64,000 bases of DNA from Firmicutes bacterium UBA4975. GTDB taxonomy: Bacteria; Bacillota; Proteinivoracia; UBA4975. A model generated the notes under the pieces. The model was given only the letters and a program-made list of their open reading frames with translations, had not been told where the DNA came from and did no database searches. A program made the position numbers and the translations under genes. The first letter of the stretch is position 1. Each line of letters starts with the position of its first letter. The DNA is taken from contig DGZR01000079.1 in the NCBI GenBank assembly GCA_002397155.1, forward strand, positions 873-64,872. The letters are read 5' to 3'. Shown one piece after another: positions 20,586-29,808 of this stretch.

Positions 20586-21319
20586 GGAGGGACCCTTATG
20601 CCCGCCTGGCCCGGCACTACGATCTGCTCATGGCCGACCTGCCCTACCGGCGTTGGATTAGCTTTATCGCGGCTTTTGCCCGCAAGATAGGGCCCGCTCC
20701 CCTGATTGCCGATGCTGGTTGCGGCACTGGTACCGTCGCCTTGGGCCTCATACAGCGGGGCTATTCTGTCCTGGGCTGGGACCGTTCTCCGGAAATGCTG
20801 GCCCAAGCCTCGTACAAGGCCCAGGAGATGGGCCTGTCCCTGCCCCTGTGGCAGGGGGAACTGGCCAGCCTGCCCCCGCGGGCCGACCTGGTAATTTCAA
20901 CCTGCGACGGCCTCAACCACCTGCTTTCCAGCGGCCAGGTCGTTGATTTTTTTATTCGGGTCCGGGATTGCCTGGCCCCCGGCGGCGGCTTGCTCTTTGA
21001 CATAAACAGCGAATACCGCTACCGGCGGCTGTTGGGCAACCGGGTTTTTTCCTGGGAAAGGGCGGGGTTGGACTTGGTCTGGCGCAACCGCTATGTCCCT
21101 CCTTTTAACATTGCCGACATCGACCTGTACTGGCGGGAGGAGGGAGACTCTTGGGCCAAGACCTCCCTTACCATCCGCCAGCGTTGTCATTCCCTGTCGT
21201 CCCTGGTATACTATCTTGAGCAGGCAGGTTTTCGGCTGGAGGGGGTGTGGGAAGATTACCGGACCCGCGCCATCGCCCCCGACACCCGGAGACTGACCCT
21301 TGCCGCTAGAAAAGCCTAG
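20582..21319 (+). CDS. class I SAM-dependent methyltransferase (YqeM-like)
   Basis: DAGCGTG, D.S.EML, DGLNH and GG.LLFD motifs; ATGA overlap with rsfS. Confidence 0.88.
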   Translation: MRRDPYARLARHYDLLMADLPYRRWISFIAAFARKIGPAPLIADAGCGTGTVALGLIQRGYSVLGWDRSPEMLAQASYKAQEMGLSLPLWQGELASLPPRADLVISTCDGLNHLLSSGQVVDFFIRVRDCLAPGGGLLFDINSEYRYRRLLGNRVFSWERAGLDLVWRNRYVPPFNIADIDLYWREEGDSWAKTSLTIRQRCHSLSSLVYYLEQAGFRLEGVWEDYRTRAIAPDTRRLTLAARKA

Positions 21320-21332
21320 AAGGAGGAGCCCT

Positions 21333-21521
21333 ATGAAATTCACCAAGGAAATGACAATCCGGGAAGCCCTGGATTTGGACTCCCGTAGCGCCGAGATATT
21401 TCAGGAGTTCGGCATGCACTGCATCGCCTGTCCCGTGGCCAGTGGCGAACCTATTGAAGAGGCGGCAATTGCCCACGGCATCGATGTGGAGACCCTCATC
21501 GAAAAACTGAACAAGTTGTAA
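21333..21521 (+). CDS. DUF1858 domain small protein
   Basis: FGMHCIACP...E.IEEAA.AHGID. Confidence 0.85.
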   Translation: MKFTKEMTIREALDLDSRSAEIFQEFGMHCIACPVASGEPIEEAAIAHGIDVETLIEKLNKL

Positions 21522-21545
21522 AAAAGCGCCGGGGGCGCTTTTTTT
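21521..21545 (+). terminator. intrinsic terminator
   Basis: AAAAAGCGCC-ggg-GGCGCTTTTTTT. Confidence 0.75.
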
Positions 21546-21574
21546 GCAGGATATCTTTTGAAATCTGCCGAATT
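21546..21574 (+). promoter_or_regulatory. sigmaH-like promoter upstream of comEA
   Basis: GCAGGA-N18-GAAT. Confidence 0.55.
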
Positions 21575-21608
21575 AGAGCTCTATGGGACTGATTCGGGAG
21601 GGTAGGCT

Positions 21609-22133
21609 ATGGAGCTAAAAACAAAGGAACTGGCCTATCTAATAGTTCTGGCGGTTTTAATCGCTTCCCTGGGCGTGTGCAGCAGCCTGAAAGGGCGAGT
21701 GTTTCCGGAAAAAGCGCCCTTGGCGGGAGAAACGGCCGAACTGGCTGTGCACGTGGCCGGAGCGGTAAAAAATCCGGGAGTCTACCTCCTGCCGGCGGGG
21801 AGCCGGATTCAGGACGCCATAGGGGCGGCCGGGGGCCCTTTGCCCGAAGGGGACATTCATCGCCTTAACTTAGCGGACATCTTGACCGACGGCAAAAAAG
21901 TGTACGTTCCCTGGACCCTAGATCACTCCGAAGAGGGAAGCGGCCTGGTCAACATCAATACCGCCGACGCCCGGGAATTGGAGACCCTGCCCGGCATCGG
22001 GCCGGCCCGGGCGCAAAAGATCATCGAGTACCGGGAGCTTCGGGGCCCTTTTTCTTCAATTGAGGAAGTAATGAACGTGAGCACCATCGGCCCCAAGATC
22101 TTTGAGGGAATTCAGGAACTGATCACCTTTTAA
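21609..22133 (+). CDS. comEA: competence DNA receptor ComEA
   Basis: TM, SLBB 'VHVAGAVKNPGVY' and HhH 'NINTA...LPGIGP' domains. Confidence 0.93.
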   Translation: MELKTKELAYLIVLAVLIASLGVCSSLKGRVFPEKAPLAGETAELAVHVAGAVKNPGVYLLPAGSRIQDAIGAAGGPLPEGDIHRLNLADILTDGKKVYVPWTLDHSEEGSGLVNINTADARELETLPGIGPARAQKIIEYRELRGPFSSIEEVMNVSTIGPKIFEGIQELITF

Positions 22134-22135
22134 AA

Positions 22136-22157
22136 AAAAGGCCCTTGCGAGCCTTTT
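22136..22157. terminator. probable bidirectional terminator
   Basis: AAAAGGC...GCCTTTT between convergent genes. Confidence 0.5.
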
Positions 22158-22159
22158 AC

Positions 22160-22903
22160 TTACTTGGCAAAGACGTGGTTGCCGATGCGGGCGACGATTG
22201 GCCGGGAGCGGATCCACTGATTAGTGGCTGTGACGGGGTTATAGTAGTACACGGCCCCGTTGGTAGGATCGATGCCGTCTATGGCCTGCTGGGCCGCCTG
22301 GTAGGCGGTCTGGTTGGGAGTGAGCCAGAACTGGCCGTCATTTACCGCCGTAATCGCCCAGGGCTGGTAGATGACGCCGGCGATGGTGCTGGGGAAATCG
22401 GGGTGGGCCACTCGGTTGAGGATGACCGCCGCCACAGCCACTTGGCCCAGGAAGGGTTCTCCTCTCGCTTCGCTGTACACGGCCCTGGCCAGCAGATCCA
22501 GTTCTTGGGACGAAACGGGAACGGACTTTATGTCAGAAACACTGGCGCTGGGAATGACGAGCTTGTCCCCAACGTATATAATAGTTCCCTTGATGTTGTT
22601 TGCCCGGGTTATGGCTTCAATGCTTGTCCCATAACGCTGTGCCAAAAGAAAAAGGCTGTCGCCCCGGACTACGGTATGCTCAACGGGGATGTCCATGGTT
22701 GCGCCGGCAATGATAAGGTCGCTGCTGAGATTGTTGGCAATTTTCAAGCTGTCGATGGATACGGCATAGGCCCGGGAAATCTTCCACAGGCTGTCTCCCG
22801 GCTGTATCTTGTACTGCAGTCCGAAGACAGGTGCCGCGAATAACAGGCAGATGCACACCGCCAGGGCGATGGTCTCTGGTATTCGCCGGAATCTTTTCGT
22901 CAA
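22160..22903 (-). CDS. secreted 2xLysM + SleB/Hydrolase_2 cell-wall hydrolase
   Basis: signal peptide; two LysM repeats (GDSLW / GDSLF); SEARGEP..GQVAVAAVILNR and IGNHVF motifs. Confidence 0.9.
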   Translation of the reverse strand: MTKRFRRIPETIALAVCICLLFAAPVFGLQYKIQPGDSLWKISRAYAVSIDSLKIANNLSSDLIIAGATMDIPVEHTVVRGDSLFLLAQRYGTSIEAITRANNIKGTIIYVGDKLVIPSASVSDIKSVPVSSQELDLLARAVYSEARGEPFLGQVAVAAVILNRVAHPDFPSTIAGVIYQPWAITAVNDGQFWLTPNQTAYQAAQQAIDGIDPTNGAVYYYNPVTATNQWIRSRPIVARIGNHVFAK

Positions 22904-23061
22904 AATTACCAGCCCCCTAATTGTGATAATGCTGATTATATAAGATAATAGTCAACATCCACAAAGGGCAAAATCCGTTAAATCCCGGGGTTAAGCTTGT
23001 CCCTTCCCGTGTTATGTTAACCAGTTGCTTGCTAATCGCATTATTTCAAGGCGATGGATAG

Positions 23062-23622
<561 letters not shown>

Positions 23623-23626
23623 GGCG

Positions 23627-25756
23627 ATGACCTGGTGGATGCTGGCCGGCCTGGTGCTGGGGATCATCGGGGGGGAAATGATCGGGTCGACCCTCCTGGG
23701 CCTGGGTTTTTTGGCGCTGGGCCTGCTTTTTCTTTACTTGCTCAAGAGCCGCCAGCCCTTGGCCCTCTTCTTGGTCTTCTTGGCGGCGGGAATGCTTCTG
23801 ACGGGGTTTCGCATGGAAAGGCTTTACTCTCCCCAGTACGGCGGGGAAGGAGTGTACACGCTTCGGAGCGAAAAGCTCTTGTATACAGGCGACGATTACC
23901 AGGCCTGGCAGGGTCGGGTGCTGGCGCCCAAGGAACTGGCGGGAGCGGTCATTTTGATCTACTCAGACCGATTCAGTCCGGGGATTTACACCCTGGAGGG
24001 CCGGCTTACCCCGCCGGTCCAGTACGGCAATCCGGGCCAGGGCTGGCATTGCAAGCGCAAACTCTATGCCGGGGAGGTGGGGGTCCTCAGCCGGCCCCGG
24101 GTCCTTTCTTTTCAAGAGCGGTCCTTGACCTTGTTGGAAAGGGCCCGCCAGGGCTACCAGCAAAACCTGGCGGCCAATATCGACGGGGGGGAGGGAACCG
24201 CACTAGCTCTAGCTCTCACCACCGGCGACCGCAGCCTCCTGGGACAGGAGCTGAAATCCTCGGTATACTTAACCGGGGTGGGCCACCTCCTGGCCCTGTC
24301 CGGTCTCCACGTGGGCATCCTCCTGGCTTTGTTGCTTTCTCTTTTGCGCAGGCTGGGCTTGAGCCCGGTGGTCTCGTCCCTGCTGGCTTTTGTCGGCGTC
24401 TTGGTCTTCGCCTGCTTTGCCGGTCCTTCCCCTTCCCTGGTGCGAGCCGTCCTCATGTCCGCCTGGGGAATCGGCGCCCTCCTCTTGGGCCGGGAGCGGG
24501 AAGGCTTGCAGGGCCTGGCCTGGACCGCCCTCTTCATGCTCCTCTACAATCCCCTCTGGCTCTTTGATTACGCCTTTGTCTTTTCTTTTTTGGCTACCTT
24601 CATCTGCTTGCGGGGGGCGGGCCGCCTGGAAAAGTACCTGAGCTTTTTGCCGGAACCGGCCCGGCGGACGGCTTCAATCACCCTCTTGGTTCAGTTAGTC
24701 GCCCTGCCCTTGACGATTTACCTATTTGGCAGCGCATCCCTTTGGGCACCCCTGGCCAACCTGGTCATCGTGCCCCTCATGCCGGCCTTGGCCGGGTTTT
24801 CCCTCCTGGCCGGGCTGCTCCCCGGCCGGATAGGCCTGGTGGTTTTGCCAGCCAAGTACTTGCTCCTGGGCACGGCAGAATTTCTCCGCCTCTTGGGCCG
24901 TCTGCCCCTGTCCGTGAGCATCGGCGGCCTGGAGCTTGCCCTGGTCTTTGTCGCCAGCGGGGGCATCCTCCTCTACCTGGCGGGGCTTTCTTTCCGCAAG
25001 ACCGTGATTTCCCTGGGCGCCGGCCTCTTGCTCACCCTGGCAATCTTCACCTTTATGGCGAACCAGGTGGTGACGGTTTGGTTTTTAGACGTGGGCCAGG
25101 GTGACTCAATCCTCATCCGAAACCAGGGGGGCTGGACCTTGGTGGACTGCGGCGACGTCCGGGCCGGCGAACGGGCCCTGGTCCCCGCTCTGCGTTTTTT
25201 AGGCGTGCACAAGCTCCGGGCCCTCATCCTCACCCACCCCCATGACGACCATATAGGGGGCTTGGACTCCCTTTTGGAAAATGTGGCCGTGGCCACGATC
25301 TACAGCAATTTTCCCGCCGGGGGGGAAGAAACGCTGGTCTTGAGCCGGGCGGAGGCCGGGCCGGACCTGTTAATCTGGGCCCACAACCTGGACTTGGCCA
25401 ATCTCAACGACACATCGCTCCTGGTTTCCCTGGGGGACAAAGTCCTGCTCACCGGGGACATCGAGGCGGCGGGGGAAAAGGTCTACTTGCCCCGGATCGA
25501 GCCCTACCGGGTGCTCAAAGTGGCCCACCACGGCAGCAGCACTTCATCTTCGCCCCTCTTTTTGGCCGCTGTCCGGCCCGAGGTGGCTGTCATAAGCTGC
25601 GGCTTGGGCAACCGCTTTGGCCTGCCCAATCAGGAGACCCTGGATAACCTGGAAGCGGCGGGGGCGGCGGTTTTTCGCACCGACTTTTTTGGCTGCGTGC
25701 GGGTGGATTTTTGGCCTTGGGGAGCGATGAGCGTGACTACCTTTTGGGGGGGATAA
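23627..25756 (+). CDS. comEC: DNA uptake channel ComEC/Rec2
   Basis: HLLALSGLHV competence domain; DVGQGD, THPHDDHIGG and KVAHHGS metallo-beta-lactamase domain. Confidence 0.95.
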   Translation: MTWWMLAGLVLGIIGGEMIGSTLLGLGFLALGLLFLYLLKSRQPLALFLVFLAAGMLLTGFRMERLYSPQYGGEGVYTLRSEKLLYTGDDYQAWQGRVLAPKELAGAVILIYSDRFSPGIYTLEGRLTPPVQYGNPGQGWHCKRKLYAGEVGVLSRPRVLSFQERSLTLLERARQGYQQNLAANIDGGEGTALALALTTGDRSLLGQELKSSVYLTGVGHLLALSGLHVGILLALLLSLLRRLGLSPVVSSLLAFVGVLVFACFAGPSPSLVRAVLMSAWGIGALLLGREREGLQGLAWTALFMLLYNPLWLFDYAFVFSFLATFICLRGAGRLEKYLSFLPEPARRTASITLLVQLVALPLTIYLFGSASLWAPLANLVIVPLMPALAGFSLLAGLLPGRIGLVVLPAKYLLLGTAEFLRLLGRLPLSVSIGGLELALVFVASGGILLYLAGLSFRKTVISLGAGLLLTLAIFTFMANQVVTVWFLDVGQGDSILIRNQGGWTLVDCGDVRAGERALVPALRFLGVHKLRALILTHPHDDHIGGLDSLLENVAVATIYSNFPAGGEETLVLSRAEAGPDLLIWAHNLDLANLNDTSLLVSLGDKVLLTGDIEAAGEKVYLPRIEPYRVLKVAHHGSSTSSSPLFLAAVRPEVAVISCGLGNRFGLPNQETLDNLEAAGAAVFRTDFFGCVRVDFWPWGAMSVTTFWGG

Positions 25757-25758
25757 GC

Positions 25759-26688
25759 TTGGCAGAAAATTACTTAGTACTGGGCGAAGAAGAATACTTG
25801 GTCCAGGCCCGAGTGGGGGAGCTGGCGAAAGAACACGCCGGTGCCGACGACTGGGGCCGAGAAAGGCTGTCCGGCTGGGAGGAGGCCCGGGCTAAGCTGC
25901 TGGACACGCCCATGTTTTCCGGGCCCCGGGTCTTTCTTCTGGATTACCAGGCCTTGGCCGCCGCCAAGCCCGATCCCGACCGGGTGACCAAGCTCCTGGC
26001 CAGCCATGAAAACGTCCTGATCCTCTACTGCCGGGGCAAGGCTGACCGGCGCACCTCATTGTTCAAAGGGGTGGCCAAGGAGGCTAAACTCATCGACCTG
26101 GTCCCTCCCCGGGGCTACGCGCTGACCCGCTGGGTGGAGACCCGAGCCAAGGAACTGGGGGCGGCCCGGATCGATAAGCGGGCGGCGGAAAAGCTGGTCT
26201 ACCTAGCGGGGACCAACATGCTGGCCCTGGAAAATGAGCTGAACAAGCTGGTAGCCTACTGCCCGGCAATAACCGAAGAGACGGTGGATAAGTTGGCGGC
26301 TTCTTCCCTCCAGACTAACATTTTCGCCCTGGTGGATTCCGCCGCCGGGGGCCAGGCGGCCAAGGCCTTGGTCCTGGCGGAGAGGATGCTCCGCTCCGGT
26401 GAGGGGGCGGCTTACATCCTCTATATGCTGGGGCGGCAGTACCGGCTTCTCTTTCGCTTTCTCTTTTACCGGGAACAGCAAAAGGGAATCGCAGAAATCC
26501 AAAAAATTTTACCGACGATGCACCCTTATGCCTTTCAAAACCTGGGGACCCAAGGATCTAAGCTGAGCTTGAGACACTGCGCTTTCGCCCTGCAGGCCAT
26601 CCAGGAGGCCGACTGGGAGCTAAAGACCGGCCGACTGGCGGGGGCGGCTCTCCTGCAAAAGTTACTGGTAAAAATCGCAAAAAAATAA
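25759..26688 (+). CDS. holA: DNA polymerase III delta subunit
   Basis: GEEEYL, ENELNKL, NIFALVD and AD..LKTG motifs; lies between comEC and rpsT. Confidence 0.9.
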   Translation: MAENYLVLGEEEYLVQARVGELAKEHAGADDWGRERLSGWEEARAKLLDTPMFSGPRVFLLDYQALAAAKPDPDRVTKLLASHENVLILYCRGKADRRTSLFKGVAKEAKLIDLVPPRGYALTRWVETRAKELGAARIDKRAAEKLVYLAGTNMLALENELNKLVAYCPAITEETVDKLAASSLQTNIFALVDSAAGGQAAKALVLAERMLRSGEGAAYILYMLGRQYRLLFRFLFYREQQKGIAEIQKILPTMHPYAFQNLGTQGSKLSLRHCAFALQAIQEADWELKTGRLAGAALLQKLLVKIAKK

Positions 26689-26708
26689 TCCCGGGTAACG
26701 GGATTTTT
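26687..26708. terminator. probable bidirectional terminator between holA and rpsT
   Basis: AATCCCG-ggtaa-CGGGATTTTT. Confidence 0.6.
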
Positions 26709-26956
26709 TACATCTTTGCTGCTAGACGGGATTTACGCCGGGCGGCGGCGTTTTTATGGATAATGCCCTTCCGGGCGGCCTTGTCTAGGAGGGAAGAGAT
26801 CTTGCGGTGGAGTGCGGCGGTGGCGGCTGGATCTTCGCCCAGAGATGCTTCAAATTTGCGGACTTGGGTCTTTATCGCGGACTTGACCCCGACGTTGCGT
26901 GCCCTTTTTGTCTGGTTGATCAGCACCCTCTTAAGAGCGGACTTGCTATTGGCCAA
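26708..26956 (-). CDS. rpsT: 30S ribosomal protein S20
   Basis: ANSKSALKR...KGIIHKNAAARRKSRL; TTG start after AGGAGGTG. Confidence 0.97.
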   Translation of the reverse strand: MANSKSALKRVLINQTKRARNVGVKSAIKTQVRKFEASLGEDPAATAALHRKISSLLDKAARKGIIHKNAAARRKSRLAAKM

Positions 26957-26997
26957 CCTGTACACCTCCTTTAAGCCCTAGGATAAGCAACATTTGG

Positions 26998-27026
26998 ATT
27001 TTACCACGGGTCCGGAGCAAAAGCAA
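26998..27026 (-). promoter_or_regulatory. sigmaA promoter of rpsT
   Basis: minus strand TTGCTT-N17-TAAAAT with extended -10 TG. Confidence 0.65.
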
Positions 27027-27091
27027 GGTCCGGTCCGGGGAATTATTTTGTATTTTTTCGGTTACTCTATTAGCAAGGAGGCGTCAGAAAA

Positions 27092-27418
27092 ATGCTCAAA
27101 CTAGTAATCCGATTCATTGTCTCGGCCCTGGTTTTGATGTTTGTCGGGTTTTTGATTCCCGGTTTTGGCCCCATGTCCTTTCTCAATGCTTTGATTGCAG
27201 CGGTGGTGATCAGCGTTCTCGGTCACCTGATCGAAGCGCTCTTTGGCAAGAAAATCTCCCCCCAGGGCCGCGGCATTATTGGCTTCTTGATTTCGGCGCT
27301 GGTAATATACCTGGCCCAGTTTATCGTGCCCGGCCTGGAAGTCAGCATCGTCGGAGCTCTGGTGGCCGCCGTGATTATCGGGGTAATCGACCTCTTCGTC
27401 CCCACCGAGCTGAGATAA
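27092..27418 (+). CDS. 4-TM membrane protein (phage holin-like/YvlD family)
   Basis: 108 aa, four hydrophobic segments with an internal IPG/VPG repeat. Confidence 0.75.
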   Translation: MLKLVIRFIVSALVLMFVGFLIPGFGPMSFLNALIAAVVISVLGHLIEALFGKKISPQGRGIIGFLISALVIYLAQFIVPGLEVSIVGALVAAVIIGVIDLFVPTELR

Positions 27419-27434
27419 AAAGAAGGAAAAAGCC

Positions 27435-28403
27435 TTGATAAAAACCGACTTGGTCCTGGAAGCCCACGAAGTCTTTTTGCAGACCAGTGAGCTTCCCGCG
27501 CTGGAGGGAGTGGAGACGGTGGAGCAATCCCTGGAGGGTATCGAGGTTTCGGTCACCGATATCTTGACGGCGGAGGCGGCCGCAAAAATCGGCAAAGCCC
27601 GGGGCAAGTACATCACCATCGAGGCAGCCGGGCTCAGGGATAAAAACGAGGACCTGGAAAACAGGCTAGTGGAAGTGATGAGCAATCAGCTGCGGGGGCT
27701 GCTGAGCTTAAGTGATGAGAGCACGATTCTGGTGGTGGGCCTGGGCAACTGGAATGTGACGCCGGATGCCCTGGGTCCCAGCGTAGTGGAAAAAATCTTC
27801 GTGACCAGGCATCTAAAAGCTTTGTACCCGGACCAGGTGGGCCCGGGTTTTCGAAATGTCTGCGCCATCGCCCCGGGAGTGCTGGGGCTGACCGGTATTG
27901 AGTCGGGAGACATAATCTTCGGCATCGTCCAACAACTAAAGCCCGACGTCGTCCTGGCCATCGACGCCCTGGCGGCCCGAAGCCTGCGCCGTCTCAACAC
28001 CACTATCCAGATTTCCGACACAGGGATCTACCCGGGTTCGGGGGTGGGGAATAAGCGGCAGGGGCTGACCCATGAGAGCCTGGGTATCCCGGTTATTGCC
28101 ATTGGGGTGCCGACGGTAGTGGACGCCACCACCCTGACCAGCGACGTCATCGACCTGCTCATCAAAGCGGTAGAAAAAGGGGCGACGGCCTCTTCCCGGG
28201 TGAGCAAAGTGTTGGCGGCTATCGACAAATTTGCCCAGGACGACAAGCAGGAACTGATAAAAGAAGTTATGCAACCCGAGGTGGGGGTGCTGATGGTTAC
28301 CCCCAAGGAAGTGGACCGGCTGTTGGAGGACATCTCCGATCTTTTGGCCGAAGGGATAAACGCCGCCCTCCATCCCAAGGTCGCCCAGGGCTACCTAAAC
28401 TAA
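27435..28403 (+). CDS. gpr: germination protease
   Basis: TDLVLE, GLGNWNVTPDALGP, IDALAAR and GVPTVVDA motifs. Confidence 0.96.
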   Translation: MIKTDLVLEAHEVFLQTSELPALEGVETVEQSLEGIEVSVTDILTAEAAAKIGKARGKYITIEAAGLRDKNEDLENRLVEVMSNQLRGLLSLSDESTILVVGLGNWNVTPDALGPSVVEKIFVTRHLKALYPDQVGPGFRNVCAIAPGVLGLTGIESGDIIFGIVQQLKPDVVLAIDALAARSLRRLNTTIQISDTGIYPGSGVGNKRQGLTHESLGIPVIAIGVPTVVDATTLTSDVIDLLIKAVEKGATASSRVSKVLAAIDKFAQDDKQELIKEVMQPEVGVLMVTPKEVDRLLEDISDLLAEGINAALHPKVAQGYLN

Positions 28404-28429
28404 GAGACGAGGAAATTTCCCTCGTTTTT

Positions 28430-28457
28430 TCTTATTTGCCCTCCCCTCGCATATAGT
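28430..28457 (+). promoter_or_regulatory. sigmaE-like promoter of spoIIP
   Basis: TCTTATT ... CATATAGT immediately upstream of the RBS. Confidence 0.5.
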
Positions 28458-28475
28458 TTTTTATGAGGGGGTGTC

Positions 28476-29405
28476 ATGGCTATGACCAAAAAGAAGAAAG
28501 GGACAATTCTCTGGTCCCTGGCGACGGCTTTGCTCTTAGTCCTCTTTATCTTGGTCAGCAACCTGCTCGCCCCCCTGGCCGCAGGTTTCGGCGCCTTTAA
28601 CCCGGTCAGCCTGCTCAGCCTGGGGGCGCCGGCGGTCTTTGGCGCTGATGGGGAGGGGGCTGTCCTCGCTCTTAAGCTGGAACCTTGGCGTCTTTTTGCG
28701 ATGCAGCTGCCGGCCTTTGCCGGCATCAACCCTGGGGAGTGGCAAGAAGCGGGGCCGCCCCCCCTCCAGCCAATAAATCCGGTGGTAACCGTCCCCCGCC
28801 CGGGGCGGATTCTCATCTACCACACCCATGCCAGCGAGGCCTTTGTCCCCACTGCCGGGGAGGCCCGCTCCGAAGACTTTTCCCAGACCGTCGTCCAGTT
28901 AGGCCAGATAATTGCGGAAAAGCTGGAGGCCCGGGGCATTTCCGTCAGCCAGGACCGCAAGTTCCACGACGTCGTCTACAACAAGTCCTACGCCGAATCA
29001 CGGAAGACTGCCCAGGCTATGCTGGCCCAGTCGCCGGACACCCTGCTCCTCCTTGATATCCATCGAGACGGCGTGGGCAAGACCTCGGCGGCAGGCCGAG
29101 GGGTGACCACCGCCTTCATCAACGGGCGGCAGGCCGGCCAGATAATGTTTGTCCTCAGTTCCGCCCACGAGGGCTGGGAAAAAAACCACAAAGCGGCTAA
29201 CGACTTGCACAATATAATGGAAGATAAATATCCCGGCCTTTCCCGGGGAATACTAGTCCGGTTGAATTCTACGTACAACCAGGATCTGCACCCCGGGGCG
29301 CTGCTGGTGGAGATCGGCGGCCACTGGAATACCCTGGAAGAAGTGGCGTACGGGGCCGAGCTCTTTGCCGAAGTTCTAGCCGATTACTCGGGAGGAAGCC
29401 GATGA
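28476..29405 (+). CDS. spoIIP: stage II sporulation protein P
   Basis: IYHTHASE, DIHRD, YNQDLH and LVEIGG..NT motifs; follows gpr. Confidence 0.93.
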   Translation: MAMTKKKKGTILWSLATALLLVLFILVSNLLAPLAAGFGAFNPVSLLSLGAPAVFGADGEGAVLALKLEPWRLFAMQLPAFAGINPGEWQEAGPPPLQPINPVVTVPRPGRILIYHTHASEAFVPTAGEARSEDFSQTVVQLGQIIAEKLEARGISVSQDRKFHDVVYNKSYAESRKTAQAMLAQSPDTLLLLDIHRDGVGKTSAAGRGVTTAFINGRQAGQIMFVLSSAHEGWEKNHKAANDLHNIMEDKYPGLSRGILVRLNSTYNQDLHPGALLVEIGGHWNTLEEVAYGAELFAEVLADYSGGSR

Positions 29406-29740
29406 AAGCAAGGGAAAAAAATCTTTATTTCTGCGCATTTTTTGGCCTGCTCTTACTTGTCCTGGGCGGGCTGGAATTGGTGGACGCCAATCTAAACCGC
29501 CTGATTTTACCCCAGGCGCCAATTGCCACCCTCTCCCTGGGTTACGAACACGGGCTGGCTCTGACGGGGGCGACTCGGGACTATCGCTTACCCAGCCTGG
29601 AACTGGTGACCCTGCGGGTAGAGGGGGAGGACCTGTTCTTGTCCCGGGGGGAGAAATGCCTGAAGATCCCCGCCAGTCTGCCCCTGGGGCAGATCGAGGG
29701 ATTGAGGCGGATGCTGCATATTGACAAATCCCTGCCCTAG
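29402..29740 (+). CDS. hypothetical membrane protein (yqxA position)
   Basis: N-terminal TM; ATGA overlap with spoIIP. Confidence 0.6.
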   Translation: MKAREKNLYFCAFFGLLLLVLGGLELVDANLNRLILPQAPIATLSLGYEHGLALTGATRDYRLPSLELVTLRVEGEDLFLSRGEKCLKIPASLPLGQIEGLRRMLHIDKSLP

Positions 29741-29749
29741 TGGTATTTT
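29721..29749 (+). promoter_or_regulatory. sigmaA promoter of the hrcA-dnaK operon
   Basis: TTGACA-N17-TATTTT with extended -10 TG. Confidence 0.75.
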
Positions 29750-29761
29750 TTTTATGGAGAA

Positions 29762-29788
29762 TTAGCACTCAATATACGAGAGTGCTAA
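29762..29788. promoter_or_regulatory. CIRCE operator (HrcA binding site)
   Basis: perfect TTAGCACTC-N9-GAGTGCTAA. Confidence 0.97.
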
Positions 29789-29808
29789 CAAGGAAGGAGG
29801 CTAATCCG

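Noticed and set aside
23635..24567. 310-aa alternative-frame ORF inside comEC
   Set aside because: Gly/Pro/Arg-rich shadow frame typical of high-GC coding DNA; comEC itself is uninterrupted.
27092..27418. Prophage signal from the 'phage holin family' gene
   Set aside because: No other phage genes nearby; the context is rpsT-gpr core genome.
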